From Deltaproteobacteria bacterium (GTDB lineage: Bacteria > Myxococcota > Kuafuiibacteriia > Kuafuiibacteriales > Kuafuiibacteriaceae): a stretch of 64,000 bases of DNA. The notes beneath the pieces were generated by a model, which worked only from the letters and a program-made list of their open reading frames with translations, was not told the DNA's origin and did not search any database. The stretch lies in NCBI GenBank assembly GCA_040218735.1, contig JAVJQW010000050.1:1-64000 (forward strand), given 5' to 3'. Positions 26,688 through 35,954 of the stretch are shown here, piece after piece (positions within the stretch are counted from its first letter, which is position 1; each line of letters opens with the position of its first letter). Position numbers and translations under genes: made by a program.

Positions 26688-27131
26688 TCACGTCAGCACC
26701 TTCACGAAGCAGCGGCTGAGCGGATCGTCCGCAAACGCCCCCCAGCAGGGACACGGGACGAACCCTTCGCGCCGGTAGAAGGCGATCGCGCGAGGCTGCT
26801 CGACGCCGGTCTCGAGGCGAAGGGCACGCGCACCGAGACCACGCGCGGCGTCTTCCAGCGCGCCCAGGAGCAGAACGGACGCGCCGCGCCCGCGCACCTG
26901 AGGACACACGTACATGCGTTTGACCTCGCACACCTCACCGTCCGGAACGAGCGCGGCGCAACCGATCGCGGTCGGGTCGTAAGCGACGAAGAGCTTCGCG
27001 TCGGCGGGCATCGCTTCGGGCCTGAACTCCGTCCCGGGGTTGGGGCCGTAGATCTGGTCGAGCTCGGACCACAGCGCGAGGAAGAGCGCGGCGACGTCAC
27101 CATCGTCCCGATCGACCTCGCGGACGTTCAT
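26688..27131 (-). CDS. GNAT N-acetyltransferase
   Basis: EVKRMYVCPQVRGRG...LRLETGVEQPRAIAFYRREGF. ATG 27131 overlaps the upstream stop. Confidence 0.88.
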   Translation of the reverse strand: MNVREVDRDDGDVAALFLALWSELDQIYGPNPGTEFRPEAMPADAKLFVAYDPTAIGCAALVPDGEVCEVKRMYVCPQVRGRGASVLLLGALEDAARGLGARALRLETGVEQPRAIAFYRREGFVPCPCWGAFADDPLSRCFVKVLT

Positions 27132-27904
27132 CGCCCTACGAACTTCCCGGCGCGGCGCTCCAGGAACGACATCATCCCCTCCGCGGCGTCCTCGGTGCCC
27201 ATCAACGCCTTCGCGCGATCCAGCAACCGCGCGGCCTCCGCCTCGAAGCCCTCCTGCACGCCCGCGCGCGCGGACGCGAGGGTCGCCTGCACCGCGAGGG
27301 GGGCCTGCGCGGCGATGCGGCCGGCGACGAGCTCGGCGCGTTCGATCACGGCGTCGGGCGCGACGACCTCCTGGACGAGGTTCATGCGGGCCGCCTCCGC
27401 GGCGTCGAAGATGTCGCCCGTGAGGAGCCAGCGCATCGCGTTGCCCCACCCGGCCTGCGCGACGAAGCGGAGGGTGCCGCCGCCGAACGGGTAGATGCCG
27501 CGCTGCACTTCGATCTGCGTGAACTTCGTATCGTCTCCCGCGATGGCGACGTCACACGCGAGCATCAGCTCGACGCCGAGGGTGAAGCAGTAGCCGCGCA
27601 CCGCGATCACCACCGGCTTGCTACGTCGACGCGCGCCGAGCCCGAGCGGATCCACGGTGCCCTCCGGGAACAGCGGGTTGCCGGAGGCGACCTCCGGACC
27701 GACCTTCGCGAGGTCGAGGCCACCCGTGAAATGATCGCCGTGCGGGTACACGAGCGCGCAGCGCGCGTCGGCGTCGTCTTCGAATGCGGTGTACGCCTCG
27801 GCGAGCTCGCGCAGCATCAGCGGATCGAACGCGTTGCGTTTGTCAGCTCGGTTCAGCCCGATGCGTGCGACGTGGTCGGTGACTTCGTAGGTGATTCGCT
27901 CCAT
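27128..27904 (-). CDS. Crotonase/enoyl-CoA hydratase family protein
   Basis: LNRADKRNAFD, HFTGGLDL, GVELMLACD, EVQRGIYPFGG. Confidence 0.92.
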   Translation of the reverse strand: MERITYEVTDHVARIGLNRADKRNAFDPLMLRELAEAYTAFEDDADARCALVYPHGDHFTGGLDLAKVGPEVASGNPLFPEGTVDPLGLGARRRSKPVVIAVRGYCFTLGVELMLACDVAIAGDDTKFTQIEVQRGIYPFGGGTLRFVAQAGWGNAMRWLLTGDIFDAAEAARMNLVQEVVAPDAVIERAELVAGRIAAQAPLAVQATLASARAGVQEGFEAEAARLLDRAKALMGTEDAAEGMMSFLERRAGKFVGR

Positions 27905-27981
27905 CGCGGCTGACGATATCTGAGCGACGCCACTGTGCCGATGCCGAATCCAGATCCGGCACGCGAACATTCGCTTCGACG

Positions 27982-30561
27982 ATGCTCCCCGCGCCGCGCG
28001 ATCGTTTCTGGGGCCGCGAAGACGAGCTGGAGCGGCTCGCCGCGCAGCTCGACGAAGCCCACGCGGTGACGCTCGTCGGCCCCCCGGGCATCGGCAAGAC
28101 CCGCGCGGCGATCGAGTACGCGCGGCGCTTCGCGGATCGCTACGACCGCGTCGGCTTCGTCCCGCTCGCCAACGCGTTCGAGCTCGGGCCGGCCGTCGCG
28201 GCGATCGGGGCGGCGTTCGAGATCGATCTCCCGCCCGTCGCGGGCGAGGCGATGCCGACCGCCATCGCGTCCTGGATCCGGGCGCAAGGTCGCATGCTCG
28301 TCGTGCTCGATAACTTCGAGCAGATCGTCGCGACCTCCACCGCGCTCGTCGACGCGATCGTCCGGCACGCGCCCGACGCCCACGTGCTCGTCACCTCGCG
28401 CCACCGCCTGCGCACCGCGGGTGAATGGGTCCAGGAGATCGGCGCGCTCCCGGACGACGGCGCCTACGGCCTCCTCGTGGATCGTGTGCAGCGCCTCCGC
28501 GGGAGCTACGCCCCCAAACCCGCCGAGCAGCAGCTCCTCCACGCCATCGCCGACAAACTCGAAGGCGTGCCGCTCGCGCTCGAGCTCGCGGCGATCCGGA
28601 TCAGCACCCTCGGCGCCGCCGCCGTGCTCGACCGCCTCGACGAAAAGCTCGAGTTCCTCACCGTCGGCCTGCGCGGCGACGACCTCGAACGCAGCAGCCT
28701 CAAGGAAGCCGTCGAGCGATCGTGGCGCCTCCTCGACGACGGCGAACGCTCGGTGCTCGCGGCCTGCTCGGTGTTCCGCGGCGGCTTCGATCTCGCAGCC
28801 GCCACCGAGGTCCTCGAAGACCCACGCGTCGTCGACGCGCTGCACGACCTCTGCGAGAAGTCCCTCCTCGGTGCGCAACCCGACGACGACGGACAAACGC
28901 GCTTCTTCGCCTACGAGAGCATCCGCGAGTTCGGAGCGGCGCAGCTCGACCCGGAGCACCGCGCGGCGCTCGAACGGCGGCACGCCGGCTACTACGTGCG
29001 CCGCGGTGAACAGCTCGAGCGCCTGCAGCACACCCCCGAGGCGGACGCACGCGCGGGGCTCGACGAGCTCGCCGCCGAACGCGAGAACCTCCTCGCCATC
29101 GCCGGGCGCGGCCTCACGGAGCGCCCCTCCGTCGGGCCCGAGTACGGCGTGCGCGCCCTCCTCTGCCTGGTGTCGCTCGTGGTCGCGCGCGGGCCGATCG
29201 ACGCGCTCGTGGAGCGCCTCGACCAAGCGCTCGACCAGTTCGAGCTCGACCCGCACCTGAAGGTTCGCGGGTTGCTCGGCGCGGCCCGCGGACACCGGAG
29301 GCTCGGACGCGGCGAGTCCGCGCGACGTCACCAGTCCGCCGCGCTGGAGCTCGTGGAGCAGCTCGGCGACGAGACGCTGCGCGCGCAGACCAAGAGCGAC
29401 CTCGCGATGACGCTCATGTCCGAGGGGGCCTTCGAGGCCGCGCCGCCGCTCCTCGCAGAAGCGCTCGAAGCTCGCCGGCGCAGCGACGACATCGCAGGCA
29501 GCGTCCTCGACCGCACGCGCATGGGCATGGCGCTGAGGGAGCTCGGTCGCCTCGACGAAGCCGACCCGCACCTCGCCGCCGCGCTCGCGTACGCGGAGGC
29601 CGGCGGTGCGCACGTCGCCGCGGCGATCACGATCGGCGAGATCGCTCACGTCGCGCTCGACCGCGGGGACTGTGAAGCCGCCCGCCGCGTCCTGCTCCGC
29701 GCACCCGTGCTGACCGGCCCACGCGAAGACGGTAGCGCCTCTGCGCTCGCGGAGGCGGCGGTCGCGGCGCGCGTCGGGATGCTCGCGCACACCGAAGGGG
29801 ATCTGGTGCGCGCAGAGGCCTATCTGCAGGCGGCGCTGATCGGTCTCCGTCGCGTCGGTTACCGGCGCTTCGAAGCGGGCGTCTCGGCGTACCTCGGCAT
29901 CGTCGACCTGGAGCGCGGCGCGCTCGACGCCGCCGCGGCGCGGATCTCGGCGTCGTACGAGGCGGTCCGCGACGAGCCGCGCGCCCGCGACTTCATGGCC
30001 GGTTGGCTCGCGGTGATCGATCTGCGGCGCGGCGAGTTCGAGTCGGCGCGGCGTCGGCGCGCGATGATGTCGTCGGTGGACGAGGACGATCCGCTGAGCG
30101 TCGCCGCGCACCGCCTCGCGATCCTCTCGGCGGGCGACGCCCCCGAGTCGGGCGGCGTCACGTCACACGAGGTGCGGCTCGTGGAGCGCGTCGCCCGCGG
30201 GCTCCTGAACCACGCGGGCGCGGAGCCGACGTCGAGCGCGCCGATGTTCGTCGCGGCGTCGGGGGACTGGTTCGCCGCGCCCACCGGGGAGCGCGGGGAC
30301 CTCAAGAACAAACGCGCGCTCCGTGCGATCCTCTTGAAGCTCGTCGAGGGGCGGCTGTTGTCCCCGGCCGTGCCGGTGCCGAGGGACGCGCTGATCGAGG
30401 TCGGGTGGCCCGACGAGCAGATCCTCGCGGACGCGGCGAAGAACCGCGTGAAGACCGCCATCTCGTCGCTGCGCAAGCAGGGGATCGGGACGGCGCTGCG
30501 GCACGAGAAGGGGGGCTACCTCCTCGACGCGGGCCTCCCGGTGGTCGTGATCAGCGAATGA
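27982..30561 (+). CDS. STAND/NB-ARC-like ATPase with TPRs and C-terminal winged-HTH (AfsR-like regulator)
   Basis: FWGREDEL, Walker A GPPGIGKT, VVLDNFEQ, LVTSR, LEGVPLALELAA; C-terminal LIEVGWPDE...NRVKTAISSLRK...GGYLL. Confidence 0.85.
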   Translation: MLPAPRDRFWGREDELERLAAQLDEAHAVTLVGPPGIGKTRAAIEYARRFADRYDRVGFVPLANAFELGPAVAAIGAAFEIDLPPVAGEAMPTAIASWIRAQGRMLVVLDNFEQIVATSTALVDAIVRHAPDAHVLVTSRHRLRTAGEWVQEIGALPDDGAYGLLVDRVQRLRGSYAPKPAEQQLLHAIADKLEGVPLALELAAIRISTLGAAAVLDRLDEKLEFLTVGLRGDDLERSSLKEAVERSWRLLDDGERSVLAACSVFRGGFDLAAATEVLEDPRVVDALHDLCEKSLLGAQPDDDGQTRFFAYESIREFGAAQLDPEHRAALERRHAGYYVRRGEQLERLQHTPEADARAGLDELAAERENLLAIAGRGLTERPSVGPEYGVRALLCLVSLVVARGPIDALVERLDQALDQFELDPHLKVRGLLGAARGHRRLGRGESARRHQSAALELVEQLGDETLRAQTKSDLAMTLMSEGAFEAAPPLLAEALEARRRSDDIAGSVLDRTRMGMALRELGRLDEADPHLAAALAYAEAGGAHVAAAITIGEIAHVALDRGDCEAARRVLLRAPVLTGPREDGSASALAEAAVAARVGMLAHTEGDLVRAEAYLQAALIGLRRVGYRRFEAGVSAYLGIVDLERGALDAAAARISASYEAVRDEPRARDFMAGWLAVIDLRRGEFESARRRRAMMSSVDEDDPLSVAAHRLAILSAGDAPESGGVTSHEVRLVERVARGLLNHAGAEPTSSAPMFVAASGDWFAAPTGERGDLKNKRALRAILLKLVEGRLLSPAVPVPRDALIEVGWPDEQILADAAKNRVKTAISSLRKQGIGTALRHEKGGYLLDAGLPVVVISE

Positions 30562-30632
30562 TCAGGATCTAACAGACTGTTTTACCGGACCTTTTACCCG
30601 CGCGAGCGCATCGATTCGTTATGCGTGTCGAC

Positions 30633-31586
30633 ATGAAAAAAGCGCTGCTCGTTTCGCTGACGTTTGCCCTGGGGTGTGCCGGTGCCGAGGGGGGCGCCGA
30701 CGTCGACGCGGACCTCGAGCTCGCGCACGCGAGCGACGCCGTGACGTGCAGCCCGCGCATGACCCACTTCCCGGTCGGCGAAGCGCACAACATCGGCTAC
30801 GACCACCGCACGTGCAGCACCGGCCGGTGCGCCGTGTCCTGCCCCGACCAGAACGCCAACTCGGACTGGGGCGGTCGACACCACGGCATCGACATCTTCG
30901 CGCGCCGCAACGCGCCGCTGGTGGCGGTCGCGCCCTCGCGCGTCGTCGCGGTGGGCGTGGTGAGCAGCACCTCGGGGCTGCGCGTTCGCCTGCGCGACGA
31001 CTGCGGCTGGGAGTACTACTACGGTCACCTCGAGTCGGCCGCGGTGCGCGTCGGCCAGCGCGTGCAGCCGGGCCAGCTGATCGGTCGCATGGGCAACAGC
31101 GGCACCGGCGGCGTACACCTGCACTTCAACGTCTCGCCCGACGGCCGCTACAGCTCGGACATCAACCCGTTCAACCTCCTCGTGCAGACGAGCCCGACCG
31201 CGTGCGCCGCGCCGCCGTCGCCCCCGCCTCCGCCGCCCGCGCCGACGAACTGCGGTCGCCTCGCCGCGAACCAGGGGCTGCGTCCGTACCAGAACGTCAC
31301 GTCGTGCAACGGCCGCTACAACCTCGTGCACCAGGGCGACGGAAACGTGGTGCTCTACCGCGGCGGCTCGGCGCTGTGGCACACCCACACGCACGGCCGC
31401 AACACCTCCAACTTCGTGATGCAGGGCGACGGGAACCTCGTCCTGTACGCGTCGGACAACCGTCCGCTGTGGCACACGCACACGCACGGGACCCACGGCG
31501 CGACGCTCTCCGTCCAGGACGACGGCAACGTGGTGATCTACCGAAACGGCCGCGCGCTGTGGTCGACGGGCACCGCGGGACGCTGA
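30633..31586 (+). CDS. Lipoprotein: M23 metallo-endopeptidase fused to bulb-type (B) lectin domain
   Basis: Lipobox LGC; HHGID, YGHL and HLH M23 motifs; Pro linker; three QxDxNxVxY motifs. Confidence 0.9.
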   Translation: MKKALLVSLTFALGCAGAEGGADVDADLELAHASDAVTCSPRMTHFPVGEAHNIGYDHRTCSTGRCAVSCPDQNANSDWGGRHHGIDIFARRNAPLVAVAPSRVVAVGVVSSTSGLRVRLRDDCGWEYYYGHLESAAVRVGQRVQPGQLIGRMGNSGTGGVHLHFNVSPDGRYSSDINPFNLLVQTSPTACAAPPSPPPPPPAPTNCGRLAANQGLRPYQNVTSCNGRYNLVHQGDGNVVLYRGGSALWHTHTHGRNTSNFVMQGDGNLVLYASDNRPLWHTHTHGTHGATLSVQDDGNVVIYRNGRALWSTGTAGR

Positions 31587-31621
31587 CGCACACCGCGCGC
31601 GTCGTGTAGCGTCCGCGGCGC

Positions 31622-32155
31622 ATGCGGATCGTTCAAGGACGCCACGGGGGCCGGCGCCTCGTCGCACCGCGGGGCGCCGGCACTCGACCCACCGCCGACC
31701 GCGTGCGCGAGGCGATGTTCTCCTCGCTCTTCGACGTCGAAGGCTGCCGCGTCCTCGATCTGTACGCCGGGTCCGGCGCCGTCGGCCTCGAAGCACGCTC
31801 GCGCGGCGCCGCGCACGTCACCCTCGTCGAGAAGGATCGCGCTGCGCTGCGCGCGATCGAACAGAACCTCGAGACCCTCGGTGACGACGACGTCGTCGTC
31901 CTCGCGATGGACGTGGGCCGCGCGCTGAAGCAGGTCGACACTTTCGATCTCGTGTTCGCGGATCCGCCGTACGCGATCGCGACCGAAGCGCTCACCGCGA
32001 TCCTCGCCGCGCCGATCTTCGCGCCCGGCGCACGCGTGGTCTTCGAACACCGCGCGACCGACGAAGCGGTGCCCTCCCCCTCGGAGCGCATCACGTTCGA
32101 GCGGACGAAGCGCTACGGCGAAGCCGCGCTGAGTTACTACGTCGTCGCGGACTGA
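31622..32155 (+). CDS. rsmD: 16S rRNA m2G966 methyltransferase
   Basis: TRPTADRVREAMF, VLDLYAGSGAVGLEARSRGA, FADPPY, KRYG. Confidence 0.93.
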   Translation: MRIVQGRHGGRRLVAPRGAGTRPTADRVREAMFSSLFDVEGCRVLDLYAGSGAVGLEARSRGAAHVTLVEKDRAALRAIEQNLETLGDDDVVVLAMDVGRALKQVDTFDLVFADPPYAIATEALTAILAAPIFAPGARVVFEHRATDEAVPSPSERITFERTKRYGEAALSYYVVAD

Positions 32156-32394
32156 CGAGGCGGCTCGGCGTCGAGCACGAGCCCGCACGCCTCGCAGCGC
32201 AGACGCGTCATCGTGCGCACCGCGACCTCGACGCGCTCGAAGTCGGTCCGGCGCTCGCCCCCCTCCAGGCACTCGGGGCAGGGACCGCCGCCGAGCTCTT
32301 CCTCGGCGATCGTCAACCCGCACCTCCGGCACTTCAGGCGCGCGTGAGTCTTCGGCGCCAGCACGGTGAGGTGTTGGTGCGGGCAGTCCTCCAC
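32137..32394 (-). CDS. Small Cys-rich zinc-binding protein
   Basis: 85 aa with CPH, CRRC, CPEC and CEAC motifs; fills the gap between rsmD and the aminotransferase. Confidence 0.7.
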   Translation of the reverse strand: MEDCPHQHLTVLAPKTHARLKCRRCGLTIAEEELGGGPCPECLEGGERRTDFERVEVAVRTMTRLRCEACGLVLDAEPPRQSATT

Positions 32395-32471
32395 GCCCGG
32401 GACGCTGGCACACCGCGGCGCGTTTCACCAAGGCTCGCGTTCCGCGTGAAAGCCGAGTAGACCGGTGCGCG

Positions 32472-33665
32472 ATGCGTCTCGCACAGCGCCTATCGCGCGT
32501 GGCTCCGTCCGCGACCCTCACCCTCGCCGCCAAGGCCAAGGCGATGAAGGCCGAGGGGCAGGACGTCGTGAGCCTGACCGCCGGCGAGCCCGACTTCCCG
32601 ACGGCGCCCCACATCATCGCGGCGATCCACCGCTCCCTCGACCGCGGCGACACCACGTACACCGCCGTGCCAGGCGTCCCGGAGCTGCGGGAGGCGGTCG
32701 CGGCGCACCACAGCCGCGACGACGTCCCGTTCGCCGCGGAGAACGTGATCGTGTCGACCGGCGCAAAGCAGTCGCTGTTCGGCGCGATGCAGTGCCTCCT
32801 CGACCCCGGCGACAAGGGCGTCGTCATCGCGCCCTACTGGCTCTCCTACGCCGACATGATCCGCGTCGCGGGCGGCGAAGTGGAGATCGTCCAGACCGAC
32901 GAGGGCTCCGACTTCCTCGCGGCGCCGGACCGCCTCGACGCCGCCCTCGCGGGCGCACGAGTGCTGATCCTGAACTCGCCGTCGAACCCGTCCGGCGCGG
33001 TCTACTCCGCGGAGCGGATGAACGCGATCGCCAGTGTGCTGCGCAAACATCCGGACGTGGTGATCATCGCGGACGAGATCTACGACCGCTTCGTCTACGG
33101 CGACGCGAGCTACACCTCGATCCTCGACGTCGCACCGGATCTCGCGGAGCGCATCCTGCTGATCAACGGCTGCTCGAAGACCTACGCGATGACGGGGTTG
33201 CGCATCGGGTGGGCGGTCGGACCGAAGCCGCTCATCGGCGCGATGTCGCGGCTGCAGGGGCAGTCGACCTCGAACGCTTCGGCGCCGATGCAAGCCGGCG
33301 CGCTCGCGGCGATCACGGGCGACCAGACGCCGGTCGAAGAGATGGTGCGTGCGTTCGACGTGCGGCGACGCTTCGTCGTGGGGCGCCTGCAGGCGATCCC
33401 CGGCGTGACGTGTTTCGAGCCGGCGGGCGCCTTCTATGTGCTCCCCTCGCTCGCGAGCTACGTGGGGCGCACGCTGCCCGACGGGAGCCCGATCGACGAC
33501 ACGTTCCCGATCACCGCCCACCTGCTCCACGACCACGGGCTGGTGGTGGTGCCCGGCGGCCCGTTCGGCGCACCGAACCACATCCGGCTGTCGTTCGCGG
33601 CGGACATGGAGAACCTGACCAAGGGGCTCGACCGACTGCGGGATGCCCTCGTCGCGTTCTCCTGA
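32472..33665 (+). CDS. PLP-dependent class I/II (aspartate) aminotransferase
   Basis: GEPDF, NSPSNPSG, DEIY, SKTYAMTGLRIG. Confidence 0.95.
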   Translation: MRLAQRLSRVAPSATLTLAAKAKAMKAEGQDVVSLTAGEPDFPTAPHIIAAIHRSLDRGDTTYTAVPGVPELREAVAAHHSRDDVPFAAENVIVSTGAKQSLFGAMQCLLDPGDKGVVIAPYWLSYADMIRVAGGEVEIVQTDEGSDFLAAPDRLDAALAGARVLILNSPSNPSGAVYSAERMNAIASVLRKHPDVVIIADEIYDRFVYGDASYTSILDVAPDLAERILLINGCSKTYAMTGLRIGWAVGPKPLIGAMSRLQGQSTSNASAPMQAGALAAITGDQTPVEEMVRAFDVRRRFVVGRLQAIPGVTCFEPAGAFYVLPSLASYVGRTLPDGSPIDDTFPITAHLLHDHGLVVVPGGPFGAPNHIRLSFAADMENLTKGLDRLRDALVAFS

Positions 33666-33735
33666 TCCCGCCCGCGGACCGCCGTTCGGGACAATTGCGC
33701 ACAACCTGAGCGCGCCTGAAACCGATAAGGCACGC

Positions 33736-34932
33736 GTGGACGCGGTCCGAAGTCAGCGGGTGTCGACGACGACGCCGATCGTCGAGACGCCGTCGGGCGG
33801 CCCCGCGAAGAAAGACGTCGAAGCACCGCTGCCGCCGCTCCCCCTCGCGCAGCGTCGCACGGCGCCCACCGCGCACCGCCCGCACCTGCTCGCGTTTGCC
33901 TTCGGCGGTCGGCTGAACAAGACGATCGCCGCCGCCATGGTGTCCGCGGCCATGCTCACCGGCGCGCCGGTGATGGCGCAGACGACGGACGTCGCGACGC
34001 GGCCGCCGGTCGCGACCACGGCGACACCGTCACGCATCGCGCAGCACGCGATCGTCGACGAAGAGGCCGAGAAGCGTCTGCTCGAAGAGCTACGCACCAC
34101 CGTCCTCGCGAACCCGAACGACTACAGCTTCGGTGAGGTCGCGCGGGCGCTGACGATCACCAAACGCATCGAACATCGGCACCAGGCGGACGAGGCGTCC
34201 GGCCAGTGCGGCGTCTACCGCGGCACGCGTCGCACCGGGAACCCGGAGGTCGCGAAGAACACGATCCGCACCGACTGCATCACGTTCCCCCTCGAGGTGC
34301 TCCGCGACGCGTTCACGCTCCGCGGTGAGTCCGACAAGTGGGACGCCGCGCTGTCGCGCGCGATCCGCGAGTCACGGGAAGCGGCGCAGGAGCAAGGGCT
34401 GTCGAAGGACAAGTGGGGCCTGCGCGGCACCGTGCTGATGCGTGTGATGATCGAGGACCTCGGGTGGAGCGACGGGATGTTGTTCTCACCCGACGTGAAG
34501 AACCCGTGGGACGGGCAGAGCTACCACCCGCAGACGCTGCGTTACACCGCCGCGCTCGGGCACTACGTCGGCGTCCCGCTCGACACGAGCCAGTCGGTGT
34601 TCGACTACCGCCTCACGCACCCCGAGGTTCGCGCTCGGGGGTACACGTCGACGCGACAGGTGAAGGATCGCATCGCCGAGTGCCGCGCCGGCTCGCCCGA
34701 CCGCTGGCAGAACCCCGGCGTACCGAGCGAGACCGAAGGCCTCGCGCGGCTCGCGGACCGGCCCTTCATGCTGCTCGCGGCGAAGGAGGGCCTGCACATG
34801 GCGCTGGTCCTCGACGGCTTCGTCTACGAAGCGCACTCGCGCTCGGGCTGCTACGACGAAGAGCTCATCGAGGTCACGCCGCTGCACTGCTGGCCGTGGA
34901 ACTCGGGCGTCATGACCGGGCCCGTCGACTGA
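33736..34932 (+). CDS. Hypothetical protein with putative papain-like (NlpC/P60-type) catalytic domain; start uncertain
   Basis: Long ORF with TDCITF ... GLHMALVLDGFVYEAH (candidate Cys-His-Glu/His triad) and a hydrophobic stretch near the N-terminus. Confidence 0.55.
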   Translation: MDAVRSQRVSTTTPIVETPSGGPAKKDVEAPLPPLPLAQRRTAPTAHRPHLLAFAFGGRLNKTIAAAMVSAAMLTGAPVMAQTTDVATRPPVATTATPSRIAQHAIVDEEAEKRLLEELRTTVLANPNDYSFGEVARALTITKRIEHRHQADEASGQCGVYRGTRRTGNPEVAKNTIRTDCITFPLEVLRDAFTLRGESDKWDAALSRAIRESREAAQEQGLSKDKWGLRGTVLMRVMIEDLGWSDGMLFSPDVKNPWDGQSYHPQTLRYTAALGHYVGVPLDTSQSVFDYRLTHPEVRARGYTSTRQVKDRIAECRAGSPDRWQNPGVPSETEGLARLADRPFMLLAAKEGLHMALVLDGFVYEAHSRSGCYDEELIEVTPLHCWPWNSGVMTGPVD

Positions 34933-35857
34933 GCCACCTGCCTCCAAGGGCGAGCGCCGCGAAGAGGAGCGCGAGCGGCGACCCGCGGTCGGGCGTCGAC
35001 TGGCATCCGCAGCGGGTCCCCGCGCTGTCGAGCGGACCGCCGAGCGTCCCCGCATCCGGCGTGACGCCGGCGTCGTTCGGGCCCGCGTCGGGCGTGGCAG
35101 CGTCCGGGGGGAAGCCGGCGTCGGGCGGGGAGCCGGCGTCGACGAAGCCTCCGTCGCGCGGCGGCGGGACGAAGGCGCAATCGCCGAACCACGTCGGTGA
35201 CGATACGTTTCCCGCGCGATCGATCGCGTCGAGGCGGTAGCAGCGGTCGGCGTCCGGCGTCTCGTCGATGCCCTCGACGATGAGCCCGATCGCCCGTTCG
35301 GTCGTCGTCACGTCCCAGTCGAAGAGCACCCCGACGATCCGCTCCGCGTCGTCTTCGATCTGCGCGAGGCGGTGGCCCGCCAGCCCGAAGTCGTCGGCGC
35401 CCGCGACGTACCCGCCCTCGATGACGAGCCCCGGACCGAAACACATCGAGTACTCGAGGCGCTCCTCGGTCACGGCGAGCGCGCCGGGCGCAGACGGCGG
35501 GGTGTCGTCGCGCGGGCCGATCGGGCCGACGACGAACGCCCGCGGCTCGCCGTAGTTGCGGAGCTCGACCTCGATCCGATCCCCCTCGGACGCGCCCGTG
35601 AGATCGACCGCGAAGTACTGAGCGCCCATCGGCTCCGGCGTGAGGTCGCGCGGACCCGCCGGCCCGTGGAGCACAACGCGCTCGACGAGGTCCGCGGAGG
35701 GGGTCACGCCGAACACCATCTGCCCGTTGGCGGGCAGTCGTTGGCCTTCCTGCGGAGCGACCTGGGTGATGCCGACGTACTGCGTGCAAGCGAGCGCGGC
35801 GGCGGGCGAAGAGACGACGCCGAACGCACCGGCGAAGAGGAGCCATCGCATGGGCAT
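34910..35857 (-). CDS. Secreted MYXO-CTERM protein
   Basis: Signal peptide; DAG-rich linker; C-terminal CGC...LALLFAALAL...RR. Confidence 0.75.
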   Translation of the reverse strand: MPMRWLLFAGAFGVVSSPAAALACTQYVGITQVAPQEGQRLPANGQMVFGVTPSADLVERVVLHGPAGPRDLTPEPMGAQYFAVDLTGASEGDRIEVELRNYGEPRAFVVGPIGPRDDTPPSAPGALAVTEERLEYSMCFGPGLVIEGGYVAGADDFGLAGHRLAQIEDDAERIVGVLFDWDVTTTERAIGLIVEGIDETPDADRCYRLDAIDRAGNVSSPTWFGDCAFVPPPRDGGFVDAGSPPDAGFPPDAATPDAGPNDAGVTPDAGTLGGPLDSAGTRCGCQSTPDRGSPLALLFAALALGGRWLSRRARS

Positions 35858-35954
35858 CGTCACAGCAGGTTGCGGGCCAGGCCTCGCGCGCAGCGAAACA
35901 TACCGATCGGTACTGACTTCCTGAGGGTGTGCGTTTTGTGGCGGTACGCGCCGC

